Part shown: positions 1 to 12,154 of the stretch, piece after piece
Layout: each line of letters opens with the position of its first letter
Numbering within the stretch: position 1 is the stretch's first letter
NCBI RefSeq assembly: GCF_963921235.1
Contig: NC_086097.1
Coordinates: 81,594,001-81,658,000 of the forward strand
Direction: 5' to 3'
DNA length: 64,000 nt
Source: Mobula hypostoma
Lineage: Eukaryota
Made by a program: the position numbers and the translations under genes
The notes under the pieces: generated by a model
The model's database searches: none
What the model was told of the DNA's origin: nothing
The model's input: the letters and a program-made list of their open reading frames with translations, nothing else

Positions 1-1400
1 CACCCTCTGCAAGAAGAAATTTTAAATTACTTTCTTTAATCTCATCACTTTGTTGCCCTTGTTTAAGGTTCTCCCTCTAACAGGCATTTTCCAATATCTA
101 TCCCATCATATTCCCTTCAAAATCTTGCATGATTCAACAAGATTGCTGCTCATTCTTCCAAACTCAAGAATATAAATCTAACTTCGTTAGGGGCCATGAT
201 AGAGCAACCATCACATGTTCGGAATTAGTTAACTGAATCTCTTTTGGTCTACCTCCAAAATGCTTAAATGAAGGGACCAGAACCATGAAAAACACTCCAG
301 ATGTAATCTCACCAATACCGTCTACAAGTGGAAGAATACTTCACTTTTTTTTTAAAAAAACTCCAACCCTCTTTCAATGAAGGCCACTGTGCCAGTTGCC
401 TTACTAACTACATCTGCTGCACCAACATGTGCACTCCTCAGCATCCACATTTGTACTACATTAATAGTCTGCGTTTAAATTCCACTTACTGAAGTGCATG
501 AACTCACATTTTCCCAGGTGACTCTCTATTTGCCAAATTGTCAACCAGGCACTCAATCTATTTACATCCTAATACAGAGCCCAAACATCCGTATTGCAAC
601 ATGACCTCTGACCAATATCTGCTTTATCAGCAAACTAGGATATCTTACACTCTACCCCATTTCCAGGTTGTTACTATCAGTTATTTACTATTTAAAACCA
701 GGAACTGATCTTTGGGGGCACTCTACCTGTTACATTCTTCAAGCCCGAAAAGAATGATTTAATCTAGCTCTCTTCTTTATGACGATGAATCCTCAACAAA
801 CTTCCCTGATACCTTTGCACTTGCCTTTCAACTGGCAACTTGTCAAGTTCCTTCTGAAAATTTAAATGCATGACAATAACTACATGATAATAGAGGTTCC
901 CCTCTATTGACCCAACTTGTTGCATCCTCAAAGAACCCCAGAAAATTTGTCATAAAACACGGCTGAATTGGTTTGGTTACATTTAGCTTTTTTAAATTAC
1001 ACACAATTTTTTTCTTGATTATAGAAAACAGCATCTTGCTAATACCGGATGTTAATCTCTTTAGCCCATAGTTATCGATTGTTTGTCTTCCTTTCTTGGC
1101 CAAGGAAATTATTTCTGTGGTTTTCTAATCTGCTGATATCCTCCCGGAACCTAGTCAATGTTTGAAAAACTTCAGTCACATCTCTATAACCACATCTTTT
1201 AATATGGTAAGAGTGCAGGTCATTGGGTCCCACAGGTTTTCCTGCCTTTAAAACCATTAAAGGCATAGCATTAAATATGATTTTAAAACCATATCTTGGC
1301 CTAGTGAAAGAGATTACTACATGCTATTTGCAACAAGTCCATCAGATATATTTGGGACACTTAGCATGCCCTCCAATATGAGGATTAATGCAGCGTATTG
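1..1400 (-). mobile_element. Old, heavily decayed CR1-clade LINE (ORF2 RT region to 3' end)
   Basis: Minus-strand peptides MTNFLGFFEDATSWVNRGEP and LKAGKPVGPNDLH parallel the CR1 at 8.6-12.1 kb (EFFKEVTSRVHKREAVDV; LKVVKSPVQMD). Many stops and indels. Confidence 0.75.
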
Positions 1401-1873
1401 ATGGAGTTGACCTATGGTTTTTAAGTGAATGCTTTGCTCTTTGGATAAGGAGTGTTATTTTACCCCCATCCAGTACAATGGTATAATGGCATACTTAAGG
1501 ATCTACATCCTTTGATGCATCTGAAGTCACCCACCCAAAAGACTCTTTTGACACTGAGGTTATGGAAGGGTCCAACCAGTTGAAACAGCACTATATTGAA
1601 ATAGATTTTTTTTAGGTTAGTGTTATATTTCTAACGCTTTTTCATATTTTCTTAAAATATAGGAAGCCATAAGGGCCATACAAGTCTATGCTTTGTCTTG
1701 GAGCAGTCCTATCAATTATATTCCCTTTCATCTGTTCTCTGTCACAGCCCATCTGCTTCACCAAAGAACACTAAGCTATATAGCACAGGTACAGGCCCTT
1801 TGACTCAATATGTGCTGACCATGATTCAAAGCTAATTCTATCTGCCTGCACATGATCTATTCTTTTATTCTCA

Positions 1874-1979
1874 TTTGTAGGGTTGTTCACTGAGCCTGGA
1901 GGTGAGGTCTCAAAAGCTTCATCATAGGCGACAAAACATTTGCGACCTAACCTCCAGGCTCAGTTAACAACCCTACAAA
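1874..1979. repeat. 41-bp-arm inverted repeat (fold-back), probably two head-to-head Penelope-type terminal fragments
   Basis: 1874-1914 matches the reverse complement of 1939-1979 at 38/41 positions, with a 24-nt spacer. Confidence 0.9.
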
Positions 1980-2049
1980 CAAGAAGCCAACCCAAGCTAC
2001 CAGTCTTCTCCTTCATTTCATTCTTTTATTCTCGTACAACCCACCTACT

Positions 2050-2251
2050 ACAGGGAATTTATAACAACCATTTACAATTCTATTATTCAGCATGTCTTTG
2101 GCAACTGGGAGGAAATAGGAGCACCGAGAGAAAACCATGCAGTCACAAGGAGATCTTGCAAACGTCACATGGACATCACCAGAGGTCAGGATGAAACTCA
2201 TGTCACCGGAGCTGTAATCCAGCAGCAATGCATGCAGCCTGCAGTACCGCC
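2050..2251 (-). mobile_element. HE1/V-SINE-like tRNA-derived SINE
   Basis: Plus strand carries gggaggaaataggagcaccgagagaaaaccatgcagtcacaaggaga...tgcaaacgtcaca, the antisense V-domain-like core. Related copies at about 26790-26960, 27204-27374, 34060-34200 and 36400-36620. Confidence 0.75.
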
Positions 2252-2933
2252 TACTTTTTAAAAAATACATATTGCCAGACTTGGACCATTTCCAGCATTT
2301 TCAATTATTTTATAAGTTTGTTTTGAACTGTCAGAGGTTCTTCCACACAATTGTGCAGTTTTGATATTGTATACAGCTCATTTACAAAGCAGGCTGTGAG
2401 GGGTACACAGCACAGGTGTTAATGAATATTGAATGTATGGACACATAGCAAAAAGGAACAGAAATACCAATGTTAAGCAGGTGAGCCAAAAACTACTAAG
2501 AACATCTAGACCTTTTAACCACAGAGAGGTCCAATCAGCTGTTTTATGTTTTAATATTTTCAACCTCTTATATTTACCTCCACATATGTTCCCTTTCAAG
2601 AAAGACATGTTTTTCTTTATAAGAATCCATATTTTCATAGTCACCTCTGAGTTTACCTTCTTGTTCCAGATTTCAATGAAAAATTAGTTGGGTTCAAATG
2701 CCTCTTCTGGGTCAGATGACCCCAGATCAACACCACACTCCCTTGGACTATAGTCCAGCATCATAATGGCATACCTGCATTTCATGCCACTTATTCGAAT
2801 TGGCTATGATTGTTTGATACAGAATTTCAAACTTGATTTCAATTATGATAAAAGTAGATCAGATGCCACTGCAGAGAAGTAGCTAGGGTTTTTCTCACCT
2901 CTAGCAAGATGGCAATCCTGCATTTCAATTAGC

Positions 2934-3375
2934 TTCAACAGGTACATTTAATGTCAGAGAAATGTATACAATATACATCCTGAAATTCATTTTCCTCGCA
3001 AACATCCACGAAAACAGAGGAGTGCCCCAACGAATGAATGACAGTTAAACATTAGAACCCCAAAGCCCCACCAGCTCCCCCTCCCACACACAAGCAGCAG
3101 CAAGGCAACAAACCCCCACCAAAAATAAAGCATCAGCGCCCCCCACTGAGAACTCAAGCATGCAGCAAAGCATCAATAAAGACACAGACAATAGGAATTC
3201 TGCAGATGCTGGAAATTCAAGCAACACACAAAGTTGCTGGTGAATGCAGCAGGCCAGGCAGCATCTCTAGGAAGAGGTACAGACTTGCAGTACCCCAAAG
3301 ACTACTCGTTCACCCGGTAATTCAACATACCACAGGCCCCCTCTCTCTCTCTCTCCCTAATAAGGGAAAAAGAGG
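2934..3375 (-). mobile_element. Non-coding interspersed repeat family B (Rex1-like 3' tail), interrupted by a Penelope terminal fragment at about 3190-3281
   Basis: Reverse complement aligns with 23500-23905 (ggggttctaa...ttcaggatgtatattgtatacatttctctgacattaaatg versus ggggttctaa...ttcaggtgcatcttgtatacactttcagatattaaactg). Confidence 0.7.
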
Positions 3376-3506
3376 TATCAATGGTGTGCCAGACAGCCAA
3401 GCAGAAAGGGCTGGTAGACTGAAAAGTCAATGGGAAAGCTCTGGATGAAACATTAAGCACTTCAACAGTATCTAGGAGAATTAGAAGATCAGAAGCAAGG
3501 CAAAGT

Positions 3507-4075
3507 TCAGAATCAGAATCGGGTTCAATATCACTGACATAGGTCATGAAATATGTTGTTTTGCAGCACAGGACATTGCAATACATAATGTTTAAAAATA
3601 TATGTATAAATTACTATATACATATTAAATTAATAGTGCAAAAGGAGAGCAAAATGAAATAAAAATAGTGCAGTAGTGTACGTACATGGGTTCAATCCGA
3701 TGGAGGTGGGGAAGAAGCTATTCCTGAAACATTGGGTTACCTTAGTACCACTGCATTGCCCCCCACCCAGGACATGCCCTTTTCTCATTGTTACTGTAAG
3801 GAAGGAGGTACAGAAGCCTGAAGGCACACACTCAACGATTCAGGGACAGCTTCTTTCCCTCTGCCATCCAATTTTTAAAAGGACACTGAACCCATGAACA
3901 CTACCTCACTACTTTTTACTTCTTTTTGCACCTTATTTAATACATATATACACATACACACACATACTGTAATTCTGCTTTTTTTAAATATTTATCATGT
4001 ATATCATTGTATTGCTGCCACAAAGTTAACAAATTTCATGACATATGGCGGTGATAATAAACCTGATTCTGATTC
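3507..4075. mobile_element. Two Rex1/Babar-type LINE 3' ends in opposite orientation (3507-3740 minus, about 3757-4075 plus)
   Basis: Both include the ORF-end motif TQ(C/R)FR(N/D)SFFP and end in a ctgatt repeat tail (cagaatcagaatc at 3509; cctgattctgattc ending about 4075). Confidence 0.75.
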
Positions 4076-4989
4076 CGCATTCCACATCTCTGGACTGGTG
4101 CCACATCTTGTGTCTCAGTTGTTTGTGCTCCAAATAACTTAAAACTACAATTTACCACAAAATTCAAAGTAAATTTATTATCAAAGTATGTAAACCTCGA
4201 GATTCATTTTCTGGCAGCACCTCAAGAAAACAATCTGGATGGAGAACAAGGCAATATCATGAGAATGCTACCTTTATTAATGGTGGAGATTCCAGGATCA
4301 AAGAATGCTGTCAATGAAGGTTTGACAAATTACATACGACAGTATTCCGTATTGCAAAACATAAATATCACAGATATGCAAAACCACGGGCAAAGAAGAG
4401 TGCAGACAAGCCAAGTACAAGGAAGTTGTACAGTTGGATGAATAACCTGTACAGCCACAATAGGTGGATTGATGCTGCAAGGCTAAATTCGCCCCTTGAT
4501 CTGGAATCAGCAGATATTAATTTGTCAGATAACAGAAATGCAAACATGCAGTTTAGATCAGTTTACAAGTGATATGAGAGGTAAATTTGCATGTGAAAAC
4601 AAGCAGTTCTACTCAGCGGCAGGACGACACAGCTGGAAGTCTCATTCACTGCTGTGCATTGAATGGAACTGGCACTGGGTGTGAACTTTAACACTATCAG
4701 CAGGATTATTTGTTCAGTGTATTTGCTTTTCCACTGGGGAAAACTAGTTCTATTTTTTTTGTTGTTGCTGGAATTTCCAGCATCTGCAGATTTCCTCGTG
4801 TTGCTATTTTTTGTTGTAGAGGTTAAACAACACATTGAAAATTCTTTAGCACTATAAATAGCAGCTTAATAAATACTTTTAGAACATTGGTCATCATGTG
4901 ATTTGACTCCAAGATTCCAAATTTAAACGTCACCACAAAAAAAAACTGAAATCAAATTGGATAAATCTGTTACCCGAGTACAATTAACT

Positions 4990-5525
4990 TCTGTAATGCC
5001 CGCTTCGCTGGGGCTGCTACTGTGTGGTAACCGGAATCTCCGGAGCAGAAGGCCCCAAAATCCTCAGCTTTGGGTATTTCAGCAGCCGGGGCAAGGTCAA
5101 AGGTGCTCGGCAGAGGATGGCGCTCGCAAGGCTAGTCGGAAGCTTGAAGTTTTCGGACGGATGGACTCAGTGTAGGCTGTGGTCGGCTGCTTCTAAGGCA
5201 TCGGCAAGTTGACGGTGCCAGGAGGTTTATGGCAGGGAGTTTCTCCCTTTTGCCACCTGCTATCGGGGACCCAGGAGTCAATCGACTCGGGGACTTTTGA
5301 GACTTTATTTACCGTGCCCATGGTTTGTTCTTCATCAAATTATGGTATTGCTTTGCACTGCTGTAACTATATGTTATAACTATGTGGTTCTGTCAGTGTT
5401 AGTCTTTGGTTTGTCCTGCCTTCTGTGATATCACTCCGGAGAAAGATTGTATCATTTCTTAATGTATGTATGCATTTCTAAGTGACAATAAAAGAGGACT
5501 GAGTTTTCTCATAATCTAAAAAAAA
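4990..5525 (+). mobile_element. Non-coding interspersed repeat family A, copy 1
   Basis: Aligns with 31686-32216 (ttcttcatcaa.ttatggtattg...gtaactatatgttataa.tatgtggtt...tgacaataaaagag..ct). Ends in cataatcta plus an A-run. Confidence 0.85.
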
Positions 5526-5693
5526 TTACGCTGAACCCACACATTTTCACAGTTACCAGCCAATCAGCCCAACAAACAGATTGACAAACTGACCAGTCCA
5601 ATGTTATGATCTTCCAGGATAATCTCTCATGCCTTTGCAACAACTTCCAAGAGTGAGCAGTTACAAATGATAAATGCAATAATATCAACTTCT

Positions 5694-8294
5694 CAGGGCC
5701 GGATTAACCTAGTAGCAGAAGTAGCACATGCTGCAGACCCCGCATTTTCAAGGGCCCAGCCCGCACTAAATGCTTGCAAGCTGCAGTCTGGTGAAATCAG
5801 CATCCGATCTCACCATATTCTCACGACTGTTAGAGTGAGTTTTGGGTAGATGATTAGTTTACACTTAAATAAATGACTTCGGCCATCAGTCTTCTGTTCT
5901 TTGACAAAGTACTGTGGATTGAGTTCATAACAGCGCACTTCCTAAAAGCTGTGAACCCAGTTTCATTTGTAACAATCTCTGGCGTGGCGCCTCTGATACA
6001 CGAATGCTAAGTTTACAGGTAGTTGCGAAGACACCATTTCTATGCTTTTTGAAAATGAATTGTCCTCTGTTAGCACGTAACATACCAAATAATGTATTAT
6101 GGATCTTAACTTGCATTCTTAAAGGCCATGAATCCCAGTTTAGGCATACTGGCGCCGGTAGAATGAATTTAATCAAAAGATGTGAAAGTTTCAAAGAATT
6201 GTCTATATTTGTAACTATGAACTGTCCTTTGTGTCTAGCAAATAAATATCGAGCCTCAATCACAAGGTGGTTAGACCTGCTCTGCAAGAGGTCTCTGCCT
6301 GCTGTAACCTTGTTTTGTCGAATAAAGAAACTACCTTGTATCGACCGGTAATGCAACACCCTATGACTTCGTCCACACCACAACAACGACGATCTGGCAA
6401 TACTGTTGTTTTCATGTCGGCGAGCTGCATGCTGCATGGTACAGTATGTGTGTGCAGATGTGTGTTGGCTCCTTGCTGTGTCGTGGTGTAAATGCTCATG
6501 CAAACCAAGGGACATAAATCATACCTATCTAAAACAACATGTGAGGAATTCATCAATCTAATTGGATCCAGCAAATTGGATCACATTATCAGTCAGGTGA
6601 AGAAATACAAGTATTATTCTGTTTCATTGGATTCTACTCCAGATATATCTAATGTGGACCAGCTGACTGTGCGCTATGTTTTGCCTTCTGGACCAGTTGA
6701 AAGATTTGTGAAGTTTATGGATATGGAAGGTCAGAGTGCTGAACAGCTCGCTCAAAGTTTACTTGACTTTTTAAAGGAAAATGACATTGATATAAAAGAC
6801 TGCTTTGGTCAAAGTTATGACAATGCCAGCAACATGAGTGGCAAGTATAATGGCTTACAAGCTCGAATTAAAGAGCTGAATGAGTTTGCAGATTACATTC
6901 CATGTTTTGCACATTCACTAAATTTGGTTGGAAAATGTGCTGCTGAATGTTGTCAAGAAGCATTAATTTGCTTTCAATTTGTAGAAAGCCTGTACACATT
7001 TTTTTCTGCTTCTACTTATATCCATTCTGCTGCATAATCTGATGGTGCTGCTCATTTGCCCATTGTGATAAGAATCTCAGATACCAGGTGGTCAACTCAT
7101 GCAGATGCAACAAAAGCACTTTTACACAGCTTTTCTGTAATAAAACAAGTCTTGGATGACATTTCAAATAACAATGATCAGAAGGCAGATTGTCGACAAC
7201 AGGCTCATGGACTACTTTCAACCACGATGAAGTTGGAAACAGAAATAATGGTCATATTGTGGGATCAAGTATTACAGCGTTTTCAAATGACCAGTGCTTC
7301 TTTGCAATCTTCTGGCCAAGACTTGAACACAGCTTGTGCACTCTATGAATCCTTGCATGGATATATTCAAGCTATGCGGTCTACTTTTTCACACATTGAG
7401 CAAAAAGCCAAGGATCTGACCAACTGTGAAGATTATCAACAGCAAACTTGAAGAAAACACAAGCAAAATCGCACGAATGATGATTTCAGTGGTTCCAGCA
7501 CTCTTGATCCACTTGTTGAATCTCAAGCACCTTCTCAGAAGTTTAAAAGCCGAATATTTCTTGCCATTATTGCCAGCTGGCTTTCTGCCCTGTCAAAAAG
7601 GCAGAAAGCTTATCTAAAGGTGAATGGTGTTTTTGGATTCCTTCATCAGTTACAGTCATTTACACCTGAAGAGATCGTAAAGAGGTCATCAAATCTTATT
7701 AAATCATATCCAGAAGATCTGGAAGAAAGTCTTAACGAAGAATTTGTGCAGTTTACTGAACTGTTGAAAACTGATCTTGCTTCTCATATTGGTGTCAAAC
7801 AAGACCTTGTAGAGTTACAGTTGTACTGTTTGATAACTGACAATTCTTTGGAGTCATATTTTCCAAATGTAGAAAATGCCTTGGCGCATCTATTTATCAC
7901 TCATGGTTACCAAATGCAGTGGAGAATGCTCATTTTTAAAACTGAAAAGGATTAAAAATGAACTAAGGAGCACCATGGGTCAAAACAGATTGAACAATCT
8001 CACTCTAATGAGCATTGAACATGAACTTCTGTGTGAAATAGACGTTTCCAGTATCATCAACAAATTTGCTCATGCTAAATCTAGAAAATCTAAGTTTTAA
8101 ATTGTAGTTTTGTTACTTTTGACATTTGAAATTGATACCTACACGTAAGTAATACTATTACTGAAGTGTCAGACATTTGTCGTATTATCTGGCTGTACAG
8201 CAAATGAAAAAATTGAATTACTTTACTATGCAAGAAATTTAGGGCCCCTTTTTAACATATGCTACAGGCCCCGCACTAGCTTAATCTGGCCCTG
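5694..8294 (+). mobile_element. hAT DNA transposon (ZMYM1-like/DUF4371 transposase), internally deleted
   Basis: Terminal inverted repeats (TIRs) cagggccggattaa (5694) and ttaatctggccctg (8281-8294). 8-bp TSD caacttct / caaattct (7/8). Confidence 0.93.
6492..8100 (+). pseudogene. hAT transposase pseudogene (N-terminus missing, several frameshifts and stops)
   Basis: Motifs YYSVSLDSTPDISNVDQL, GQSYDNASNMSG, YIPCFAHSLNL, SDTRWS, and dimerisation domain SGECSFLKLKRIKNELRSTMGQNRLNNL. Confidence 0.92.
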
Positions 8295-8329
8295 CAAATT
8301 CTAATCGTATTATTCTGAGAGAGGAAAAA

Positions 8330-8650
8330 ATCTGACCAGAGACTCATAAGGAGATTACAAGTAAATGACCAAATGTTTTGTTAAAAAATGGCTTTAAGGA
8401 TAATCTTGAAAGGAAGAGGTTGATCTAAAAAGGTGAAAAGATTTAGGGAGGCATTTCCATAGGCTAGAGACGATTCAAAGTATAAACTCCAGTTGAGTAG
8501 AAATTACTGTTGGAGATGCCCAGGAAATAGGAACTGGGGGAACAGTGGATTCTCAAAGAATTTTAAGATTGAAAGTGAATACAGATAGAAATTAGGCTAC
8601 AAAAAGATTAGAAAAGAGTTTTAAAATCTAAGCTTTGCTCAACTCGAATC
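8330..8650 (-). mobile_element. Old L2-like LINE 3' fragment
   Basis: Purine-rich antisense L2-type 3' region (gctttaaggataatcttgaaagg...atttagggaggcatttcca). Recognised by resemblance only. Confidence 0.5.
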
Positions 8651-8654
8651 CAAT

Positions 8655-11600
8655 GACCGTCTGTCAGCATAGTAGCAAAAGGAAAACACGGATGGTAGTT
8701 TCCCTCCCAGGTGCCAGGGACCAAGATGTTTTTGGAGGCATCCACAATATCCTGAGAAGGGAAGGTGAGCAGCCAGAAGTTGTGGTAAATATTGGAACCA
8801 ATGACATAGGTAGAACAAGGGAGGAGGATCTGAAAAAAAAAATACAGGAAGTTAGGAAGCAAGCTGAGAATTACTGGCTGTGCCACACGACAGTGAAGGT
8901 AGGAATAGAATGAGGTGGCTGATAAATGTGTGGCTGAAGAATTGGAGCAGAGTGCGGGAATTCAGATTTATCGATAACTGGGACCTCTTCTGGGGCAGGT
9001 GGGACCTGTACAAAAGGGATGGAATGCACTTGAATCTGAGGGGGACCAATATTCTTGCAGGCAGATTTACTAGAACTGTTGGGAGTGGTTTAAACTGTTT
9101 GTAATATGACAGGGGGATGGGAACCAGGATGATAGAGCTGAGGATGAGCCAGCAAGTTTACAAGTAGATGATGGGTATAACATGAATGTAAGAATGGACA
9201 AGCCAATGATTGGGTGCAACTGCAGACAGAGCAAAGAGTTAAATTGTACCCCAGAGGCAAGATTCAAAAAGGTGAAGAATACAGGACTGAGGTGCTGTAT
9301 TTAAATGCGCATAGCATTCAGAATAAGGTGTACAAACTCATGGCGCAATTAGAGATTGGTCGGTATGACGTTGTGGGCATCACTGAGTCATGGCTGAAAG
9401 AAGGCCACATTTGGGAACTTAACGTCAAAGGACATACTTTGTATCGAAAGGACAGGCAGGAAGGCATAGGCGGTGATGTGGCTCTGTCGGTAACAGATGG
9501 AATTACATCTCAAAGAGGTGATATAGGGTCAGAGAATGTTGAATTTTTGTGGGTGGAGTTAAGAAATTGCAAGGGTAAAAAAAACATTATGGGAATCACA
9601 TACAGGCCCCCAAAAGGTAGCCAAGATGTGGGGTTAAGATTGCAAAGGGAGCTGAAAAGGCATGTAATGACACAATTGTAATGGAGGTCTTTTATATGCA
9701 AGGGGATTGGGAAAATCAGGTTGGTTTTGGATCGCAAGAGAGGGAATTTATTGAATGCCTACGAGATGGGTTTTTAGAGCAGCTAATGCTTGAGCCTACT
9801 CGGGGAAAGGCTATCTTAGATTGGGTGTTCTGTAATAACCCAAATCTTATTAGGGAGCTAACATAAAGGAACCCTTAGGAGGCAATGATCATAATATGAT
9901 TGAATTCATACTACAATTTGAGAGAGAAAAAGATAACTCACATGTATTAGTATTACAATGGAATAAAGGGAATTACAGAGGAATGAGAGAGGAGCTTGCC
10001 CAGGTGGACTGAAGGAGGATACTGGCAGGGATGACAGCAGAGAAAAGATGGATGAAGTTTCTGGGAATCGTTCACAAGCCACGGGATAGATATGTCCCAC
10101 AGAGGAAGAAGTTCTCAAATGACAGGAGTAGGCAAACATGGCTGACAAAGGAAGTTAGGGACTGCATAAAAGCCAAAGAAAGGGCATACAAGGTAGCAAA
10201 AGAGAATGGGAAGTTGGATAATTGGGAAGCTTTTGAAATCCAACAAAAGGCAAATAAAAAAGCTATAAGAAGGGAAAAGGTGAAATGCGAGGGCAGACTA
10301 GACAATAATATAAAGCAGAATACCAAAAGTTTTTTCAATTATATAAAGAGTAAAAGGGAGGAGAGAGGTGATATTGGACCACTGGAAAATTATACTGGTG
10401 AGGTAGTAATGGGGGATAAAGAAATGGCAGATGAACTTAAAGGGTACTTTGCACCTGTCTTCACTGTGGAAGACACTAGCAGTGTGCCAGAAGTCCATGA
10501 GTGTCAGGGAGTAGCAGTGCCATTGCTATTATAAAGGAAAAAGTGCAAGGCAAACTCAAAGGTCTGAAGGTAGTTAAGTCACCTGTCCAGATGGACTACA
10601 TCCCAGAGTCCTGAGAGAGGTTGCTGAAGAGATAACAGATGCATTGATCATGATCTTTCAAGAATCACTTGATTCTGGTATGGTCCCAGAGGACTGGAAG
10701 ATTGCAAGTGTCACTCCACTCTAAGAACGGAGGAAGATAAAAGAAAGGAAATTATTGGCCAGTTAGCCTAACCTCAGTGGTTGGGAAAGTGTTGGAGTCT
10801 ATTATCATGGACGAAGTTTCAAGGTAATTGGAGACTAATGATAAAATAAGTCAAAGTCAGCATGGTTTCTGTCAAGGGAAATCTTGCCTGACAAAATTTG
10901 GTAGAGTTCTTCAAGGAAGTAACAAGCAGGGTGCACAAACGAGAGGCAGTGGATGTCATTTACTTGGATTTTCAGAAGGCATTTGATAAGGTGCCACACA
11001 TGAGGCTGCTTAACAAGATAAAATCCTATAGCATTACAGGAAAGATACTGACATTAATAGCGGAATGGCTGACAGGCAAGAGGTAGCGAGTGGAAATAAA
11101 AGGGGCCTTTTCTGGTTGGCTGCTGGTGACTAGTGATGCTCCTCAGGGGTCAATATTGGGACTGCTGCTTTTCGCATTGTTTGTCAATGATTTAGATAAT
11201 GGAATTGATGGCTTTGTGGCCAATTTTATGGATGATATGAAGATAGGTGGAGGGGTAGGTAGTGCTGAGTTAGCAATGCAATTGCTACAGGACTTAAACA
11301 AACTGGAAGAGTGACAGATGGAATACAGTGTTGGGAAATGTATGATAATGCATTTTCGTAAAGGGAACAATAGTGCAGACTATTATCTACATGGGGAGGA
11401 GATTCAAACATCAGAGGTGCAGAGGGACTTAGGAGTCCTCCTGCAAGACTCCCAGAAGGTTACTTTACAGGTTTAGTCTGTGGTAAAGAAGGAAAATGTA
11501 ATGTTGGCATTTATTTCAATGGGAATAGAATATAAAAGCCAGGAAATAATGCTGAGCCTTTATAAGAGACTAGTCAGGCCGCACTTGGAGTATTGTCAAT

Positions 11601-12153
11601 AGTCTCAGGGCCCCACATCTCAGAAAGGATGAGTTGTCACTGGAGAGAGTCCAGAGAAGGTTCAACAAGATGGTTCTAGGAATGAAGGGGTTAACATATG
11701 AGGCTTGTTTGACAGCTTTGGGCCTATACTCACTGGAATTTAGATGAATGCAGGGGGATATCATTGAGGCCAACCAACTGTTGAAAGGATTAGATAAGGT
11801 GAATGTGGAGAGGATGTTTCCTCTGGTGAGGGTGTCCAGCACAAGAGGGCACAGCCTCAAAATTGAGGGGCAACCCTTTAGAACAGGGGTAAGGAGGAAT
11901 TATTTTAGCCAGAGAGTGGTAAATCTGTGGATGGTCTGTCACAGAGTGCGATGGAGACCAAGCCCGTTTGTATATTTAGGGTGGAAGCTGATCATTTTCT
12001 AATTGGTCAGGGCACCAAAGGATATGGTAAGAAGGCAGGTGTATGGGGTTGAGTGGGATCCGGGAGCAGTCATGATGGAATGGCGGAGACGACTCGGTGG
12101 CCTGAATGGCCTAATTCTGCTCCTATGCCTTATGGTCTAATGATTATGGTCTT
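8655..12153 (+). mobile_element. Near full-length CR1 LINE: ORF1 SGNH-esterase remnant, ORF2 APE endonuclease and reverse transcriptase, disrupted
   Basis: ORF1: LPGARDQDV, VVVNIGTNDIG, YKRDGMHLN. APE: YLNAHSIQNK, DVVGITESWL, ITYRPP. RT: VIYLDFQKAFDKVPH, PQGSILGLLLF, FMDDMK. 3' end gaatggcctaattctgctcct followed by ttatggtct twice. Confidence 0.95.
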
Positions 12154-12154
12154 A

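Noticed and set aside
2572..2672. Minus-strand frame NLEQEGKLRGDYENMDSYKEKHVFLEREHMWR ending at AG|GTAAAT
   Set aside because: No polypyrimidine acceptor, an upstream in-frame stop, and no recognisable homology.
3507..4075. Single twin-primed (5'-inverted) LINE insertion
   Set aside because: Both halves contain the same ORF-end region and their own tails, so two separate 3' ends are more likely.
6492..8100. Possible domesticated ZMYM1-like gene (likewise the GTF2IRD2-like and ZBED5/SCAND3-like ORFs at 19, 30-33 and 48-50 kb)
   Set aside because: All have stops and frameshifts and retain TIRs, most with TSDs, so they are dead transposons. No gene symbol was assigned.
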